The notes: generated by a model from the sequence alone, not told the origin. Positions 1 to 10,619 are shown, counted from the first letter of the stretch. The stretch: DNA of 64,000 bases from an uncultured Gammaproteobacteria bacterium (GCA_964565405.1 CAZMEW010000002.1:20918-84917); one strand, 5' to 3'. Program-made: numbers and translations.

Positions 1-470
1 TTCAACAGGTATACGTCAATGCGGTTGTCTTCAACGAGTTGCAATAAGTCACGATCTCCAGTCACCAAAATACACGTAAGATCATTGTTTTCTTTCACCA
101 TTGTTTTTGCAAGTGTACCAATGAGGTCATCCGCTTCAAACCCGGTTTTGGTAAATACAGGAATATTAAATGCTTCAACGAGTTTGTGTACGAGTGGGAT
201 CTGATCATAGAGAGTCTGATCAGCCTTTACTCGAGTCGCCTTGTATTCTTTGTATATTTCATCACGAAAACTTCCTCCAGCAACGTCGAACGCTACCAGA
301 ATATACTCAGGTGTGAGATCGGCAATAACCTTCAAGAGCATTGAAGCAAATCCATAAACCGCATTCACGAGGGTCCCATCTGGGGCAGTTAGAGGAGGGA
401 GTGCATGGTATGCACGGTGGATTATGGCGTTTCCGTCGATTATGACGCAGGTTTTGTTCTTGGTAGACAT
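1..470 (-). CDS. polA: DNA polymerase I, N-terminal 5'-3' exonuclease domain (runs off window start)
   Basis: Manual translation from ATG at 470 (not in the ORF track): MSTKNKTCVIIDGNAIIHRAYHALPPL...NAVYGF...VAFD...YKATR...GFEADDLIGTLA...ILVTGDRDLLQLV. These are the canonical Pol I 5' nuclease motifs. Confidence 0.93.
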   Translation of the reverse strand, partial: MSTKNKTCVIIDGNAIIHRAYHALPPLTAPDGTLVNAVYGFASMLLKVIADLTPEYILVAFDVAGGSFRDEIYKEYKATRVKADQTLYDQIPLVHKLVEAFNIPVFTKTGFEADDLIGTLAKTMVKENNDLTCILVTGDRDLLQLVEDNRIDVYLL

Positions 471-645
471 AGATGTATAGGTTGGAGATAGTATAGCATG
501 GAACATATAACATAAAACATGTGAGACATATCGCAGAAGGCATTTTGTCATTCTTCATCTCGCAAAGGTGTTGGTTTAGGATGACAGAGGGTAGGCTAGA
601 TTGAGCAAAATTTGCTATATTAAGACAAAATATTGCATAAAAGGG

Positions 646-674
646 TTGACAAAATCCTTTATTTATGCTATACT
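646..674 (+). promoter_or_regulatory. sigma70-type promoter for the small ORF at 751
   Basis: TTGACA (646-651), 17 bp spacer, TATACT (669-674), with TG one base upstream of the -10. Confidence 0.7.
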
Positions 675-750
675 CATTTGTTGGTCGATTGCAAACAGTC
701 GTCCTATTACTCTCATGTTCCGTGAGAGTAAAATTGAGTAGGGGGATAAG

Positions 751-945
751 ATGAAGATTGCGATCATTAACGCGATTCTCAGTGTGGTGCTCTTCCTGTT
801 GGGCTGGCTCCTCACGAAGGAGAATCATCCCATCATTGGCTCGATGTTGGCTGGAGCCAGTGGTAGCCTCGCAACTACTGCCATCAAAAAGTTCTGGGCC
901 TCAAGCTCAGACAAGTCCTATGGACTCCTGAAGTGTAAGACCTGA
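751..945 (+). CDS. small hypothetical membrane protein (64 aa)
   Basis: Hydrophobic N-terminal helix plus a second Gly/Ala-rich helix. G-rich RBS (AGGGGG), own promoter upstream, hairpin downstream. Confidence 0.55.
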   Translation: MKIAIINAILSVVLFLLGWLLTKENHPIIGSMLAGASGSLATTAIKKFWASSSDKSYGLLKCKT

Positions 946-1038
946 AAAGGTCTCCCACTCCTGGTCCGAAGGACTCAATGACCCCGCTCTGGCTATATGC
1001 TGCGCGGGGTTCATGATTTTTATAGGGCAAAACTACCT

Positions 1039-1067
1039 TTGACAAATACCCTTCTTTTCGCTATAAT
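1039..1067 (+). promoter_or_regulatory. consensus sigma70 promoter of tig
   Basis: Perfect TTGACA-17 bp-TATAAT. Confidence 0.8.
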
Positions 1068-1097
1068 CAGCAAACTATTAGGTATAATTTATGTTAT

Positions 1098-2402
1098 ATG
1101 GAACACACATTAAAGAAACTCAAAAATTCAGAAATCGAGTTGATGATTACCGTGAATCCAGCAGAATACGAAAAACACTTGAAAAAAGCCGCCGAACGTA
1201 TTTCTGAACGAACATCAATCAAAGGATTCCGCAAAGGCCATACCCCATACGACATTGTTAAGCGTGAAATCGGGGAGATGCATATCCTGAACGAAGCACT
1301 TGAATTTATTATTCAGGAATCTTTTTTTGCAGCAGTGACCGAAGAAAAACTCGATACGATTGGCATGCCAAAAGTAAATGTAGAGAAAATTGCTCCAGGT
1401 AATGACCTTGTGTATAAAGCCGTAGTAGCACTTCTTCCAGCTGTGGATCTTCCAAAACTCGATAAAATAAAAGTACAACACAAAGCAAAGCCTGTAACTG
1501 AGACAGATGTTGATGAGGTGATTAATAACCTTACCAAAATGCAGGCAAAAGAAGTGGTAAAAAATGGAAAATCTACCAAAGTAGACAAGGTGGTAATTGA
1601 CATGAATCTGTTTGTTGACAATGTGCCCATGGAAGGCGGTCAAGCAAAAGATTATCAGGTGTACTTGTCAGAAAATCAGCATATTCCTGGATTTAATGAT
1701 CATCTGGTTGGTGTTTCAAAGGATGAAGAAAAAGAATTTACGGTTCCGTTCCCCAAAGATTATTACAATAAAACTCTTGCTGGAAAAAAAGGGACTTTTA
1801 AAGTAAAAGTAAAAGAAGTATATGAGCGACAGTTCCCAGAAATTACTGATGAGTTCGCAAAAACATTGGGGCAAGAAAGTGTTGCTAAGCTTAGAGAATT
1901 ATTATCACATAACCTTGAGCATGAAGCGCTTCATAAGGCTGATGAAGTGGCAGAAATTGAAATGTTCGATACGTTAATTGAAAAATCAAAGTTTGAAGAA
2001 ATTCCAGAAGTATTGGTCGATGCTGAGAGAAAGAAGATGTTCTATGAACTCAAGCGTGACCTCGAAAAAAATGGAATCACGGTGGATCAATATCTAGCTG
2101 ACCTGAAAAAAAGCGAGGAAGATATTCAGAAAGACTTTACTGAGCAGGCAACCAAGCGGGCGAAAGCAGCGCTCGTATCTCGACAGATTGCGCGAGATGA
2201 GAATATGATTATCGATGATAAAGAGCTTAAAGCTGAGATTGAAAAGATGAAGATTGAATACAAAGATCATCCAGAATATCTCGAAAATCTTACCAAACCA
2301 GAAGTTCAAGATTCGATTCGAGTTTACATGGTTAATCGAAAAGTAATTGAATTTTTAAAAACCAGAATTCTTACCGGAAGACCGGAGCATACACATGAGT
2401 AA
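1098..2402 (+). CDS. tig: trigger factor
   Basis: Ribosome-binding signature GFRKG, FKBP-like middle domain (IPGF...FPKDY...LAGK...F.VKVKEV), 434 aa. Confidence 0.96.
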   Translation: MEHTLKKLKNSEIELMITVNPAEYEKHLKKAAERISERTSIKGFRKGHTPYDIVKREIGEMHILNEALEFIIQESFFAAVTEEKLDTIGMPKVNVEKIAPGNDLVYKAVVALLPAVDLPKLDKIKVQHKAKPVTETDVDEVINNLTKMQAKEVVKNGKSTKVDKVVIDMNLFVDNVPMEGGQAKDYQVYLSENQHIPGFNDHLVGVSKDEEKEFTVPFPKDYYNKTLAGKKGTFKVKVKEVYERQFPEITDEFAKTLGQESVAKLRELLSHNLEHEALHKADEVAEIEMFDTLIEKSKFEEIPEVLVDAERKKMFYELKRDLEKNGITVDQYLADLKKSEEDIQKDFTEQATKRAKAALVSRQIARDENMIIDDKELKAEIEKMKIEYKDHPEYLENLTKPEVQDSIRVYMVNRKVIEFLKTRILTGRPEHTHE

Positions 2403-2467
2403 TCAATTCATGGTAGTGTGAAAAAACAGGTGGTATAAGCCGCCTGTTTTTTGTATACTGATGATAT

Positions 2468-2686
2468 ATGAGAATATCAGTTATTGTAAAAACGCGTTCT
2501 CCAAGAAGAGAGGTAACAAAAATATCGGACACAGAGTATCGGGTACGGGTGACTGCGTCTCCCGTAGATAACGAGGCGAATGAACAAGTGCGACAGCTAT
2601 TGAGCGAACATTTTAAGGTGAGTAAAACAATGATTAGAATTGCGAAGGGGAAAACTTCAAAAAATAAGATTATTGATATTGGATAA
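2468..2686 (+). CDS. DUF167/YggU family protein
   Basis: VKTRS...V.VTASPVDNEAN...LSEHFKVSKT.I.I.KG.TSKNK pattern, 72 aa. Confidence 0.85.
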   Translation: MRISVIVKTRSPRREVTKISDTEYRVRVTASPVDNEANEQVRQLLSEHFKVSKTMIRIAKGKTSKNKIIDIG

Positions 2687-2806
2687 AAAACACCGTCTGC
2701 CCTCCTTTGTTCGACCCAAAATATTTTTTTAGGTATAACAAAGGCATGCAGACGGTGAATGGTGTTCGCTCGGGTGTGGATTGACCGTGACATGCCAAGG
2801 ACAGAA

Positions 2807-3151
2807 TTAGTTCTTTGAAATTGCATGTTCCGATCGCGTGAGAGGGCGCCAGTCGTCGCAGTGGTTCAGGTGGTCGCCGTAGATGGCAACTTCCTCGAAC
2901 CGAGTGAAATCCCCCAGACGGGGACAGTCGGTGAACCAATAGATTTCGTCGAGGTCCATATTCATGATGAAAATAGTATATTCACCACGAAACACGGGAT
3001 ATCCGATTGCAGGTCGCCGGTCGAGTGCGGCCACGATCGTGTTCCGTCCGTGCTCACTGATCAGCAGTAGTGGACCGATCACGAATAAGATCGTGTAGGT
3101 CCAGATGAGTGCTTCGATGCGAAGCCGTTTTACTTTAGGTTTTTCTGCCAT
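2807..3151 (-). CDS. hypothetical protein with one N-terminal TM helix
   Basis: ORF track 2807..3181; start moved to ATG 3151, which has a GGAG RBS. Looks more GC-rich than its neighbours. Confidence 0.55.
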   Translation of the reverse strand: MAEKPKVKRLRIEALIWTYTILFVIGPLLLISEHGRNTIVAALDRRPAIGYPVFRGEYTIFIMNMDLDEIYWFTDCPRLGDFTRFEEVAIYGDHLNHCDDWRPLTRSEHAISKN

Positions 3152-3215
3152 CTCAATTCTCCGTTGGGAAAGAGCGAACATTAGTATCTATTAATCCCAG
3201 AAAGGATAAAAGGTG

Positions 3216-4337
3216 TCAAGTTTTTTTAAATTTCCAAATTTCACGACCAACGAATTGATTTTCTCGATGGTAGAGCAGGGAGGTGTGGGTCGAGTCAAAG
3301 GGGATTATTTCAAATCCAAGTTTTTCTATTTCTTTTTCAGCACCAATCTTTATCCACTCTTTTTCAGATTTGAACATGGGTATGATAAAAATAACTACCG
3401 CCCCTGTATATAGGATAGTATTAAAACTGCAAAAACTTTTGGTATAGAGATCTTTGAGATCACGTGCCTGAGTCTGGAGTACGGGGTTACTTTCATGCCC
3501 ATGGAGTGGTTTGCCCATGTATGGCTCTGAGATAATCGCATGAATACTATCTTTTTTGAAAATATGTTCAAGTTTGGTGGCGGACGCAAGATGAATTGCG
3601 GTGTGAACTTTTTTTTCGGGGTTGTCTTTCAAAAACCAACCCACATTTGCAATAGAATCTTCCACTGCTTTGTCGGAATTATCTGATCCTGAAACATGTG
3701 TATATCCGAGCGATAATGCTTCGGTTAGAACCGTTCCAGAACCACAGAACGGATCGAGGATGGGGGCGTCGAGAGGGCTCTCCGAGAGATTCACCATGAT
3801 ACGAGCAAGTTTGGGAGGGAGCATGCCACTCCTGCTATCAGTGCGTGGCCGTTCATAATCACGTTTAGTAAAGGATTCAATATCTTGTACGGCAATAGTT
3901 ACAAACCACTCATTTCCAATATGGGTAATATCACCCTTTTTTTCAACCAAATTATTATGAATAATGGTTGCTGCATTCTTCGCCTCGATATATCGGACTG
4001 ATCTACCTTTTTGTTTTAGATATTTTTTTACTTCAAGTGCTAGGGATTTTGAACTAAAGCCGGTAAGCGAAAAATGAATTTTCCCTTCGTTGGTTTCTAG
4101 ATGCTTGGCAATAGTTAGAATATCAGTATCTTTTTGTTCAATTGCGCGCGCGATTTTAATGGTACCTCCCAAGATACGCATCAAATCATTCGCCGGTAGA
4201 GCGATTGAAGACTCGAGAATCAAGTGTGATACCGTGGTATTGATTTCTTGATATGGTAGTGATAGTCGGCGAAGTACAGATCGCACCTCAGCACACGAAA
4301 TGTGTGGCTGATGACCGAGTTCAAACGCGTATTTCAT
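3216..4337 (-). CDS. SAM-dependent methyltransferase, Trm11/TrmG10-like (putative tRNA m2G10)
   Basis: RDY.RP..D..SGMLPPKLARIMVNL, ILDPFCGSGT (motif I), GSD, and IISEPYMG (motif IV variant). Confidence 0.75.
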   Translation of the reverse strand: MKYAFELGHQPHISCAEVRSVLRRLSLPYQEINTTVSHLILESSIALPANDLMRILGGTIKIARAIEQKDTDILTIAKHLETNEGKIHFSLTGFSSKSLALEVKKYLKQKGRSVRYIEAKNAATIIHNNLVEKKGDITHIGNEWFVTIAVQDIESFTKRDYERPRTDSRSGMLPPKLARIMVNLSESPLDAPILDPFCGSGTVLTEALSLGYTHVSGSDNSDKAVEDSIANVGWFLKDNPEKKVHTAIHLASATKLEHIFKKDSIHAIISEPYMGKPLHGHESNPVLQTQARDLKDLYTKSFCSFNTILYTGAVVIFIIPMFKSEKEWIKIGAEKEIEKLGFEIIPFDSTHTSLLYHRENQFVGREIWKFKKT

Positions 4338-4732
4338 AGAGAAGTGGAAGAAGAGGTTTCTGCAGAGCTCGAGGGCGTACTGGTGGTGCGCAAATCAAAA
4401 AGATTTGATTGTGTTGAGGTAATTGCACGGTCATAGAACGGATTTCGGGAATATGGTACAAATGTAAAATTTTGCTTTGCCTGGTCAATCGAGAGTATCT
4501 GTTCAAGAAGTTTAAAATTAATTGGAGCAACTCGGGCAGACATAGACTCGACTTGAAATATTGTTTCATAATGAGCAAGTCGATTGGACATGGTATATAC
4601 AATCCAGGTTGCATAACTTACCATAATGAGAGATAAGCAGGCAACCCCTATGGTAATAAATCTCAATATAGAAACATTCGCATATTCGGGGGGGATGGGA
4701 TTGTGGATTTTTTTGGGAGTAGTGGAAGTCAT
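4334..4732 (-). CDS. hypothetical single-TM protein at the end of the pil operon (PilP-like position)
   Basis: One TM segment, RNPF motif near the C-terminus, follows the pilO-like gene. Confidence 0.55.
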   Translation of the reverse strand: MTSTTPKKIHNPIPPEYANVSILRFITIGVACLSLIMVSYATWIVYTMSNRLAHYETIFQVESMSARVAPINFKLLEQILSIDQAKQNFTFVPYSRNPFYDRAITSTQSNLFDLRTTSTPSSSAETSSSTSL

Positions 4733-4734
4733 AC

Positions 4735-5283
4735 TTAGGATTCAATAAAACTATTCAAAGTCGCACTGAAATTAATGGTAACAAATTCACCTTCTAGGCT
4801 CGATGTTTTTTCGAGATCCAGTTTGCCAATATTCAAGTAATAGGGGATGGATTCGAGTTCAGCGAGATAACTCATGATATTTTCAAATACCCCGGTAGTC
4901 CTAAAAGAAAATAGATAATATCCACCAAAAGGACCGGCGGTTTCATATTCTTTGAAAGAAACAGAAAGTTCCTGTTGAACATTGTGCTTGTCTGCAATTA
5001 ATTCAATAAGACCGATCAATTTATTTTCTTCAGATCGCTCAGTCGCGATACGGTCAGTTTTTGATAACTCTTCTCTTACGGTCTTAATCTCGCTAAGCGA
5101 TCGACGCAAAAGGCGGACACGTTCAAATTCGGCATTTTCTGATTGTACTTGCGCAACCATGGCGTTTGTTGTGTCAGTAATTGACTTGAGTGATGGGCGT
5201 ATCAATAACATTATTATTACAATGCTAAGAGATGCAAAGAATAGTATGGTAATAACGAGTTTGTGTGTAATAGTGAAACGCAT
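4735..5283 (-). CDS. pilO: type IV pilus alignment protein, PilO-like
   Basis: N-terminal TM, coiled coil, then G.F..IM.YLA.LE.IPY ferredoxin-like pattern. Lies after pilN. Confidence 0.65.
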   Translation of the reverse strand: MRFTITHKLVITILFFASLSIVIIMLLIRPSLKSITDTTNAMVAQVQSENAEFERVRLLRRSLSEIKTVREELSKTDRIATERSEENKLIGLIELIADKHNVQQELSVSFKEYETAGPFGGYYLFSFRTTGVFENIMSYLAELESIPYYLNIGKLDLEKTSSLEGEFVTINFSATLNSFIES

Positions 5284-5286
5284 AGA

Positions 5287-5817
5287 TTATTTGAGTATCG
5301 CGGTGATCGTAAAAGGAATATTTTCTTTTCGGGTGAGTTCTCCCTCAGGTATGGTTACTGCTTCAAGGGAGGGCAAACTTTTTACCGCCTTCTCACAGCG
5401 TGCAAGTGTGTCACGATTCTCGGCAACTCCAGCAAGAGAAAATGTGTGTGAATCGCGATCAAAGATGACCGAACTTACCTCAACACCTTCAGGAAGTATA
5501 TTGAAAATTTCATGAATTCGAGGTGACCAGAGGATAAATTGTTTTTGTATTTCGTCTACAGTCTGGATTTGATTATTAATATCAACGATGTGTTTTGTAT
5601 CCGTATGATACGAATTTTTTTGAGAAAGCATACTCACGGTGAGTGCTGCCTGGTAATTGATAAAAAAACTCTGAGCAATAAGTAGAATTGCTGCGAGAAT
5701 TGCAACAATTGAAAAAACTAATGCGCATGAAGTCTTGAGGTAAGTAAAAAGTGCAAGTCTTTTTAAATGCGTCTTTTTGGTATCTGATAATACGTTGATT
5801 CTGACTGGAAACATCAT
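5287..5817 (-). CDS. pilN: type IV pilus alignment protein, PilN-like
   Basis: INVL (PilM-binding INLL-like motif), TM, WS...LPEGV...L.GVA.NR. Lies after pilM. Confidence 0.75.
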   Translation of the reverse strand: MMFPVRINVLSDTKKTHLKRLALFTYLKTSCALVFSIVAILAAILLIAQSFFINYQAALTVSMLSQKNSYHTDTKHIVDINNQIQTVDEIQKQFILWSPRIHEIFNILPEGVEVSSVIFDRDSHTFSLAGVAENRDTLARCEKAVKSLPSLEAVTIPEGELTRKENIPFTITAILK

Positions 5818-5822
5818 AATAT

Positions 5823-6929
5823 TTAGATGGTATCTCGAGTGGTGAAAGGATTGTCTGCAGCACGAAGGGCAAGGCCGATAGCAGTGGCGTAGGTAAGTGC
5901 TGATGTATTATCCATGGGTGCGTGTGCGGGATCGATTCCTAAATTTTTCCATACATTACCGCGTACACATTCAATAGAGAGGAGCTTACTGAGAACTTCA
6001 TCAAGATGTGGAAGGTTGCACGCGCCACCGCACAACACCATACGTGTAATTCGATGGGCGTGTACATTGTGTCCGTAGTATGATGAGAAAGTATGTTCAA
6101 GCGCGTGTGCAAACTGTGTTACAAATTTGAGAAGAACATTATCCTTCTTTTTACCTTCAGAAATCGAAAGGCCCACTTCTTTTTTTATTTTTTCAGCGGC
6201 AACTACATCCACCTTTTCTGTTTGCATGATTGCATTGGTAAGAATTTCACCTGAGAAGGGGAGTACTGTACTGAATTGTATCACGTCTCGATCATAGATT
6301 ATAACTTGTGTTCGGGTAGATCCAATATCAATGATTGCACGGGCTTCCTCTTTGTATTCTTTGTGTGCTGTGACCATAGACCGAGCAATGGCGACCTCCT
6401 CAATTTCAAGGGCCATAACACCAAGTCCGAGACTCTCAAGTAAATAGGTATAACTATCACCTACACGCTTGGGGATTGCTCCAACAAGTATTCGCATGTC
6501 AGTCTCAGTAGTTTCTGGTTGCACCACGTGCCAATCGATAGAATAATTTTCAACGTCATCAACAGGAAGATATTGTCCGATGTACGGTATAAGATCAGAC
6601 GATTGGATCGAACCCATCTCGTGTTCTGGAATCGTAATTAACTTGAGAAAACTATGATTTTCAGGAACTGAAGCAACAACCCAAGGACTCTTGATAGATT
6701 TTTCTCCTTTGTTTGATCCTCTGATTAGCTGTTCAATTTTTTTTCGGAGTGCTTCGGGTTGTTCAATAAGTCCATTAACAACCAATCCGGGTTCAAGAGG
6801 GCACATACGCATCGCAACAGGTGCAAACGTGGTACTCCGAAGCTTTTCTACGTTCTTAAGTTGGACCAGTTTTACTGAACGGTCTCCAATATCAATACCA
6901 AATGCATGAGGAAATGGGTGTGAGAGCAT
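5823..6929 (-). CDS. pilM: type IV pilus assembly protein PilM
   Basis: FGIDIGDRSVKLVQL, IIDIGSTRT, VLCGGAC.L and YATAIGLALR (actin-like FtsA/PilM fold). Confidence 0.92.
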   Translation of the reverse strand: MLSHPFPHAFGIDIGDRSVKLVQLKNVEKLRSTTFAPVAMRMCPLEPGLVVNGLIEQPEALRKKIEQLIRGSNKGEKSIKSPWVVASVPENHSFLKLITIPEHEMGSIQSSDLIPYIGQYLPVDDVENYSIDWHVVQPETTETDMRILVGAIPKRVGDSYTYLLESLGLGVMALEIEEVAIARSMVTAHKEYKEEARAIIDIGSTRTQVIIYDRDVIQFSTVLPFSGEILTNAIMQTEKVDVVAAEKIKKEVGLSISEGKKKDNVLLKFVTQFAHALEHTFSSYYGHNVHAHRITRMVLCGGACNLPHLDEVLSKLLSIECVRGNVWKNLGIDPAHAPMDNTSALTYATAIGLALRAADNPFTTRDTI

Positions 6930-6938
6930 GTGATGAGT

Positions 6939-8030
6939 CTAAAAAGTTTGAATAAGTGAATACATCGGCATGATAATGGATACTGCGATTCCTGCGACTC
7001 CAACGCCGAGCAGAATAATAACCACTGGTTCGATAATAGTCGAAAAGTTTTTCATGGTCTTATCTACCTCGTTTGAATAAAATGACGCAAGTTCTTGGAG
7101 TAAATGATCAATCTCACCAGTTTTTTCTCCAACCATTACCATTTCGGTAACCATGGGTGGAAATAAATTTTCAGAACGTGCAAGAATATCGGAAAGTTGT
7201 TCACCTTTTGATAGTGTCTCAGTCGCTTCCTTGAGAGCTTTTTGGTAACGTACATTTTTGCAAGTTTCACCGGCGATTCTCACTGCATCAACGATGGGGA
7301 TGGTGCTTTTCAAAAGTGAAGAAAGTGTCATGGAAAAACGAGCTAGATTGATTTTTTTGGATATTAAACCAAAAATCGGGAGACGGAGAAAAATACCGTG
7401 CATAATAAATCGGAAGGATTGATTTTTTTTTAACATAAACAGAAATATCGCCATGGACAGTATCGTCGCTCCTAAAACTAGGATGAGGTTGATAGGATTG
7501 GAAAGAAAATCGGTTACCGCGATCAGTATCCGAGTAGATAGAGGCAATTCAGCGCCAAATTCATCAAACATCGCGGTAAGTTTTGGTAATACGAGGGTCA
7601 CCATGAGAATACCTATAACGATGATCGCACCGACGATTACCGAGGGGTAAATCATGGCACCTTTGACAGTCGAGGTGAGTTCATGGCTTTTTTTCATTTG
7701 AACAACGACCTGATCGAGCGCGTCCTCAAGCTTTCCTGCAATTTCACCAGATGCAATCATGTTTGTTTGTAGGGGCGGAAAAATTTTTGGGTATAATTTG
7801 AGACTCTCGCTCAGTTGGTTACCTTTTTCCACATATTGGGTGATATCATGTACGATTGAGGCAAATTTTTTATTTTGAGTTTCTTTTCCGAGTACATGCA
7901 AACCCTCAATGAGTGATAGGCCTGCATGTATCATAGTCCTTAAATGGTCGAGAAAAAAAATCCGATCTACAATTGGGACGTGGATAAAGCCGATACGTTT
8001 GGGAGGAGATTGTATTTCTACATCTTTCAT
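6939..8030 (-). CDS. pilC: type IV pilus inner-membrane platform protein PilC/GspF
   Basis: Two T2SSF repeats (GE.AGKL, AMIYP, GEKTGEID, IEPV.I). Start set at ATG 8030 to avoid overlap with pilB. Confidence 0.93.
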   Translation of the reverse strand: MKDVEIQSPPKRIGFIHVPIVDRIFFLDHLRTMIHAGLSLIEGLHVLGKETQNKKFASIVHDITQYVEKGNQLSESLKLYPKIFPPLQTNMIASGEIAGKLEDALDQVVVQMKKSHELTSTVKGAMIYPSVIVGAIIVIGILMVTLVLPKLTAMFDEFGAELPLSTRILIAVTDFLSNPINLILVLGATILSMAIFLFMLKKNQSFRFIMHGIFLRLPIFGLISKKINLARFSMTLSSLLKSTIPIVDAVRIAGETCKNVRYQKALKEATETLSKGEQLSDILARSENLFPPMVTEMVMVGEKTGEIDHLLQELASFYSNEVDKTMKNFSTIIEPVVIILLGVGVAGIAVSIIMPMYSLIQTF

Positions 8031-8037
8031 AAGTGGT

Positions 8038-9753
8038 TTAGTCTTTGGTGGCGCGAAGAATCTCTTCAATAGTGGTCAGTCCTTGCTTTGCCTTTATCAA
8101 TCCGTCCTGGAGTAAGGTGATCATGCCATTTTTAAGAGCATATTCTTTGATTTCTGTCGCATTTGCCTTGGTATTGATAATTTTTTGGAGTCCAGGATCG
8201 ATGACCATGACTTCATAGATTCCAATTCTACCCTTATACCCAGAGCCACCGCATTTTTTGCAACCCTTGCCTCGGTAGAACGTGAAGGATTCCAATGTTT
8301 TTTCTGTACTTGAAAGCTTTAAATGTTGTTCTTTGAATAAAGTGGAAAGTTTTGTTTTGTCGATCAAAACATGTAGTTGTTTTAATTCCTTACTTTCCAG
8401 TTTGAATGATTCTTTGCAATTCTGACATATTTTTCTGACTAAGCGCTGAGCAATAATGATGTTTGCAGTGAATGCAACAAGAAAGGGCGGGATGTCCATG
8501 TCAAGAAGACGGGGTAAAGTGGTCGGAGCGTCGTTGGTATGGAGCGTTGAAAGTACGAGGTGTCCAGTCATTGCTGCATGGATAGCTATTTCAGCCGTTT
8601 CCTTGTCTCGGATTTCTCCCACCATGATAATGTCAGGATCTTGGCGAAGAAATGCTCTGAGACCAGAGGCAAAGGTAAAACCAGCCTTAGGATTAATCTG
8701 GCTCTGATTGATACCACTAACGTGATACTCGATCGGATCCTCAATCGTGCAGATATTCACATCAGGTTGATTGAGCATGCCGAGAATAGAGTACAAGGTA
8801 GTCGTTTTTCCAGAACCCGTAGGACCAGTGACGAGAACCATACCGTGTGGTTTTTCAATCGCTTCCTCTACCAATTCTTTAACTCCTGGGAGAAAGCCGA
8901 GTTCATCGAGAGTGAGAGCCTTCTGCCCCTCATGCAACAAACGCATAACAATTTTTTCTCCATCGTATACAGGAATAATAGATACCCGAAAAGAAAGTGT
9001 TTCACCTTGTACTGAAATTTTGAATCGTCCGTCTTGCGGAACCATATGTTCATCAATTTTCAGATTTGAGAGAATTTTAATTCGAGCAACAATACCACTT
9101 TGGACTGCTTTGGGTAAATGCATCATCTCACGCAAGATTCCATCAATACGAAAGCGCACCACTACATCCAATTCAGTTGGTTCAATGTGTATATCACTTG
9201 AATTTTCAAAAACCGAGTGTTCGAGGACTGTATTGACGATATTGATAATAGGGAGCTCTTCGGCTGCTTTCTTCAAATCAGTGGGCTCTGAATGTGAAAG
9301 CGGTTGACTAAGTTCTTGTTTTAAATCAGAGTGATATTTACGCAGCGATTCTTTGATTTCTCGAGGAATAGTGATAAATATTTCAATATCCTTTCTAGTT
9401 TTTCTTCGGATAAATTCAATGGTCTGAACATCGGTTGGATCAGTCAAAGCAATCTTGAGTGAAGAATCAGTTTTTTCAAACGCAATAATATGGTGTGCTT
9501 CTGCAAAGGCTTCAGGTAGTTCATACAATGTTTCCTCAGGGATGTCGCGTCCTTTAAGAGAAATTCGCGAAACACCGTACTCATTAGCAATTGCATCATA
9601 GAGAGTATCTTCTTTGACAACATTTTTTTCGACTAGGTGAGTTTCAAGATCTTTACCACGATTGCGTGCGTCTTCAAGATAGGTCTCAATCTGAGAATCA
9701 GAAAGTTTGAATTTTTTTACAAGAATTTTTTTGAATTCTTCCAATGGTAACAT
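8038..9753 (-). CDS. pilB: type IV pilus extension ATPase PilB/GspE
   Basis: SDIHIEP, Walker A GPTGSGKTTT, TIEDPIE, LRQDPDIIMVGEIRD, TGHLVLSTLHTN and a tetracysteine motif. Confidence 0.95.
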   Translation of the reverse strand: MLPLEEFKKILVKKFKLSDSQIETYLEDARNRGKDLETHLVEKNVVKEDTLYDAIANEYGVSRISLKGRDIPEETLYELPEAFAEAHHIIAFEKTDSSLKIALTDPTDVQTIEFIRRKTRKDIEIFITIPREIKESLRKYHSDLKQELSQPLSHSEPTDLKKAAEELPIINIVNTVLEHSVFENSSDIHIEPTELDVVVRFRIDGILREMMHLPKAVQSGIVARIKILSNLKIDEHMVPQDGRFKISVQGETLSFRVSIIPVYDGEKIVMRLLHEGQKALTLDELGFLPGVKELVEEAIEKPHGMVLVTGPTGSGKTTTLYSILGMLNQPDVNICTIEDPIEYHVSGINQSQINPKAGFTFASGLRAFLRQDPDIIMVGEIRDKETAEIAIHAAMTGHLVLSTLHTNDAPTTLPRLLDMDIPPFLVAFTANIIIAQRLVRKICQNCKESFKLESKELKQLHVLIDKTKLSTLFKEQHLKLSSTEKTLESFTFYRGKGCKKCGGSGYKGRIGIYEVMVIDPGLQKIINTKANATEIKEYALKNGMITLLQDGLIKAKQGLTTIEEILRATKD

Positions 9754-9912
9754 AAGAAAATGAGTTGAAGCTCAAGTAATCAGTGCATAGTATAGCATAT
9801 TTGAAAATCAAAAGGAAAAATCAAAAGTCAAAACAAAACGTCGATTTATTTTTTAACTAGTGTGTATTAGTTTTTTACATTTTTAGGCGCACCTTTTCCT
9901 TTATAGGCTGTA

Positions 9913-9941
9913 TTGACAAAATTAAAATCTACTGCTATAGT
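9913..9941 (+). promoter_or_regulatory. sigma70 promoter of rpsF-ssb-rpsR
   Basis: TTGACA-17 bp-TATAGT with TG extension. Confidence 0.7.
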
Positions 9942-10016
9942 ATGCGCGGTCGTTTAATTGGTGTTACGAGTATCTAAAATTATTTAATTTAACGTGTATT
10001 TGAAAGGTAAAAAGTT

Positions 10017-10547
10017 ATGAAAAAGTACGAGATATTGTGTGTGCTTCCAGGAACGCTCGCTGAAAGCGAAGTGTCCCCAATAGCTACACAAATCGAAGAA
10101 CAAATCAAAGCGCATGGTGCTGAAGAAGTCACCAAGAATGATTTAGGAAAAAGCAGACTCGCATATCCGATAGAGCATATCCGATATGGGTATTTTGAGT
10201 TTTTTACCGCGCTCATTGCGCCAGAAAAGGTACAAGCTCTTGAACGAGGAATCAGACTTCTCGGTGGCATTCTCCGGGTAAGTATCCAGGTGTATAACCC
10301 AAAACAGAAAGCTGCAATTTCTCTTGCTCTTGATCCAACAGCACTCAGCGCTCCTCAGAAAAGTGAAGAGGGTGGAAAGCCAGCTCGATCAAGCGAGCGC
10401 GGTTCATTCAGAAAAGAAGTTAAAGAACGCACTGAAGTAGCGGTACCTGAAGAGACAAAAGAGAAGGTCGTGGCTCCAAGCCTCAATCTAGAAAATATTG
10501 GAGAAAAACTTGATGAGATATTGCAGAAAGATATTGATAATGTATAA
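10017..10547 (+). CDS. rpsF: 30S ribosomal protein S6 with charged C-terminal extension
   Basis: MKKYEI...LGK.RLAYPI...GYF motif and rpsF-ssb-rpsR synteny. Confidence 0.93.
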   Translation: MKKYEILCVLPGTLAESEVSPIATQIEEQIKAHGAEEVTKNDLGKSRLAYPIEHIRYGYFEFFTALIAPEKVQALERGIRLLGGILRVSIQVYNPKQKAAISLALDPTALSAPQKSEEGGKPARSSERGSFRKEVKERTEVAVPEETKEKVVAPSLNLENIGEKLDEILQKDIDNV

Positions 10548-10619
10548 TGGCAATATTATTCATATACTGCGTCTGCCTGACGTAAAGGGGGGTATGCGCA
10601 ATAACTAAATAAAGCTCAT

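Noticed and set aside
307-828. 173-aa minus-strand ORF
   Set aside because: It overlaps polA in another frame, a clear promoter and the 751 ORF, and has no recognisable protein features.
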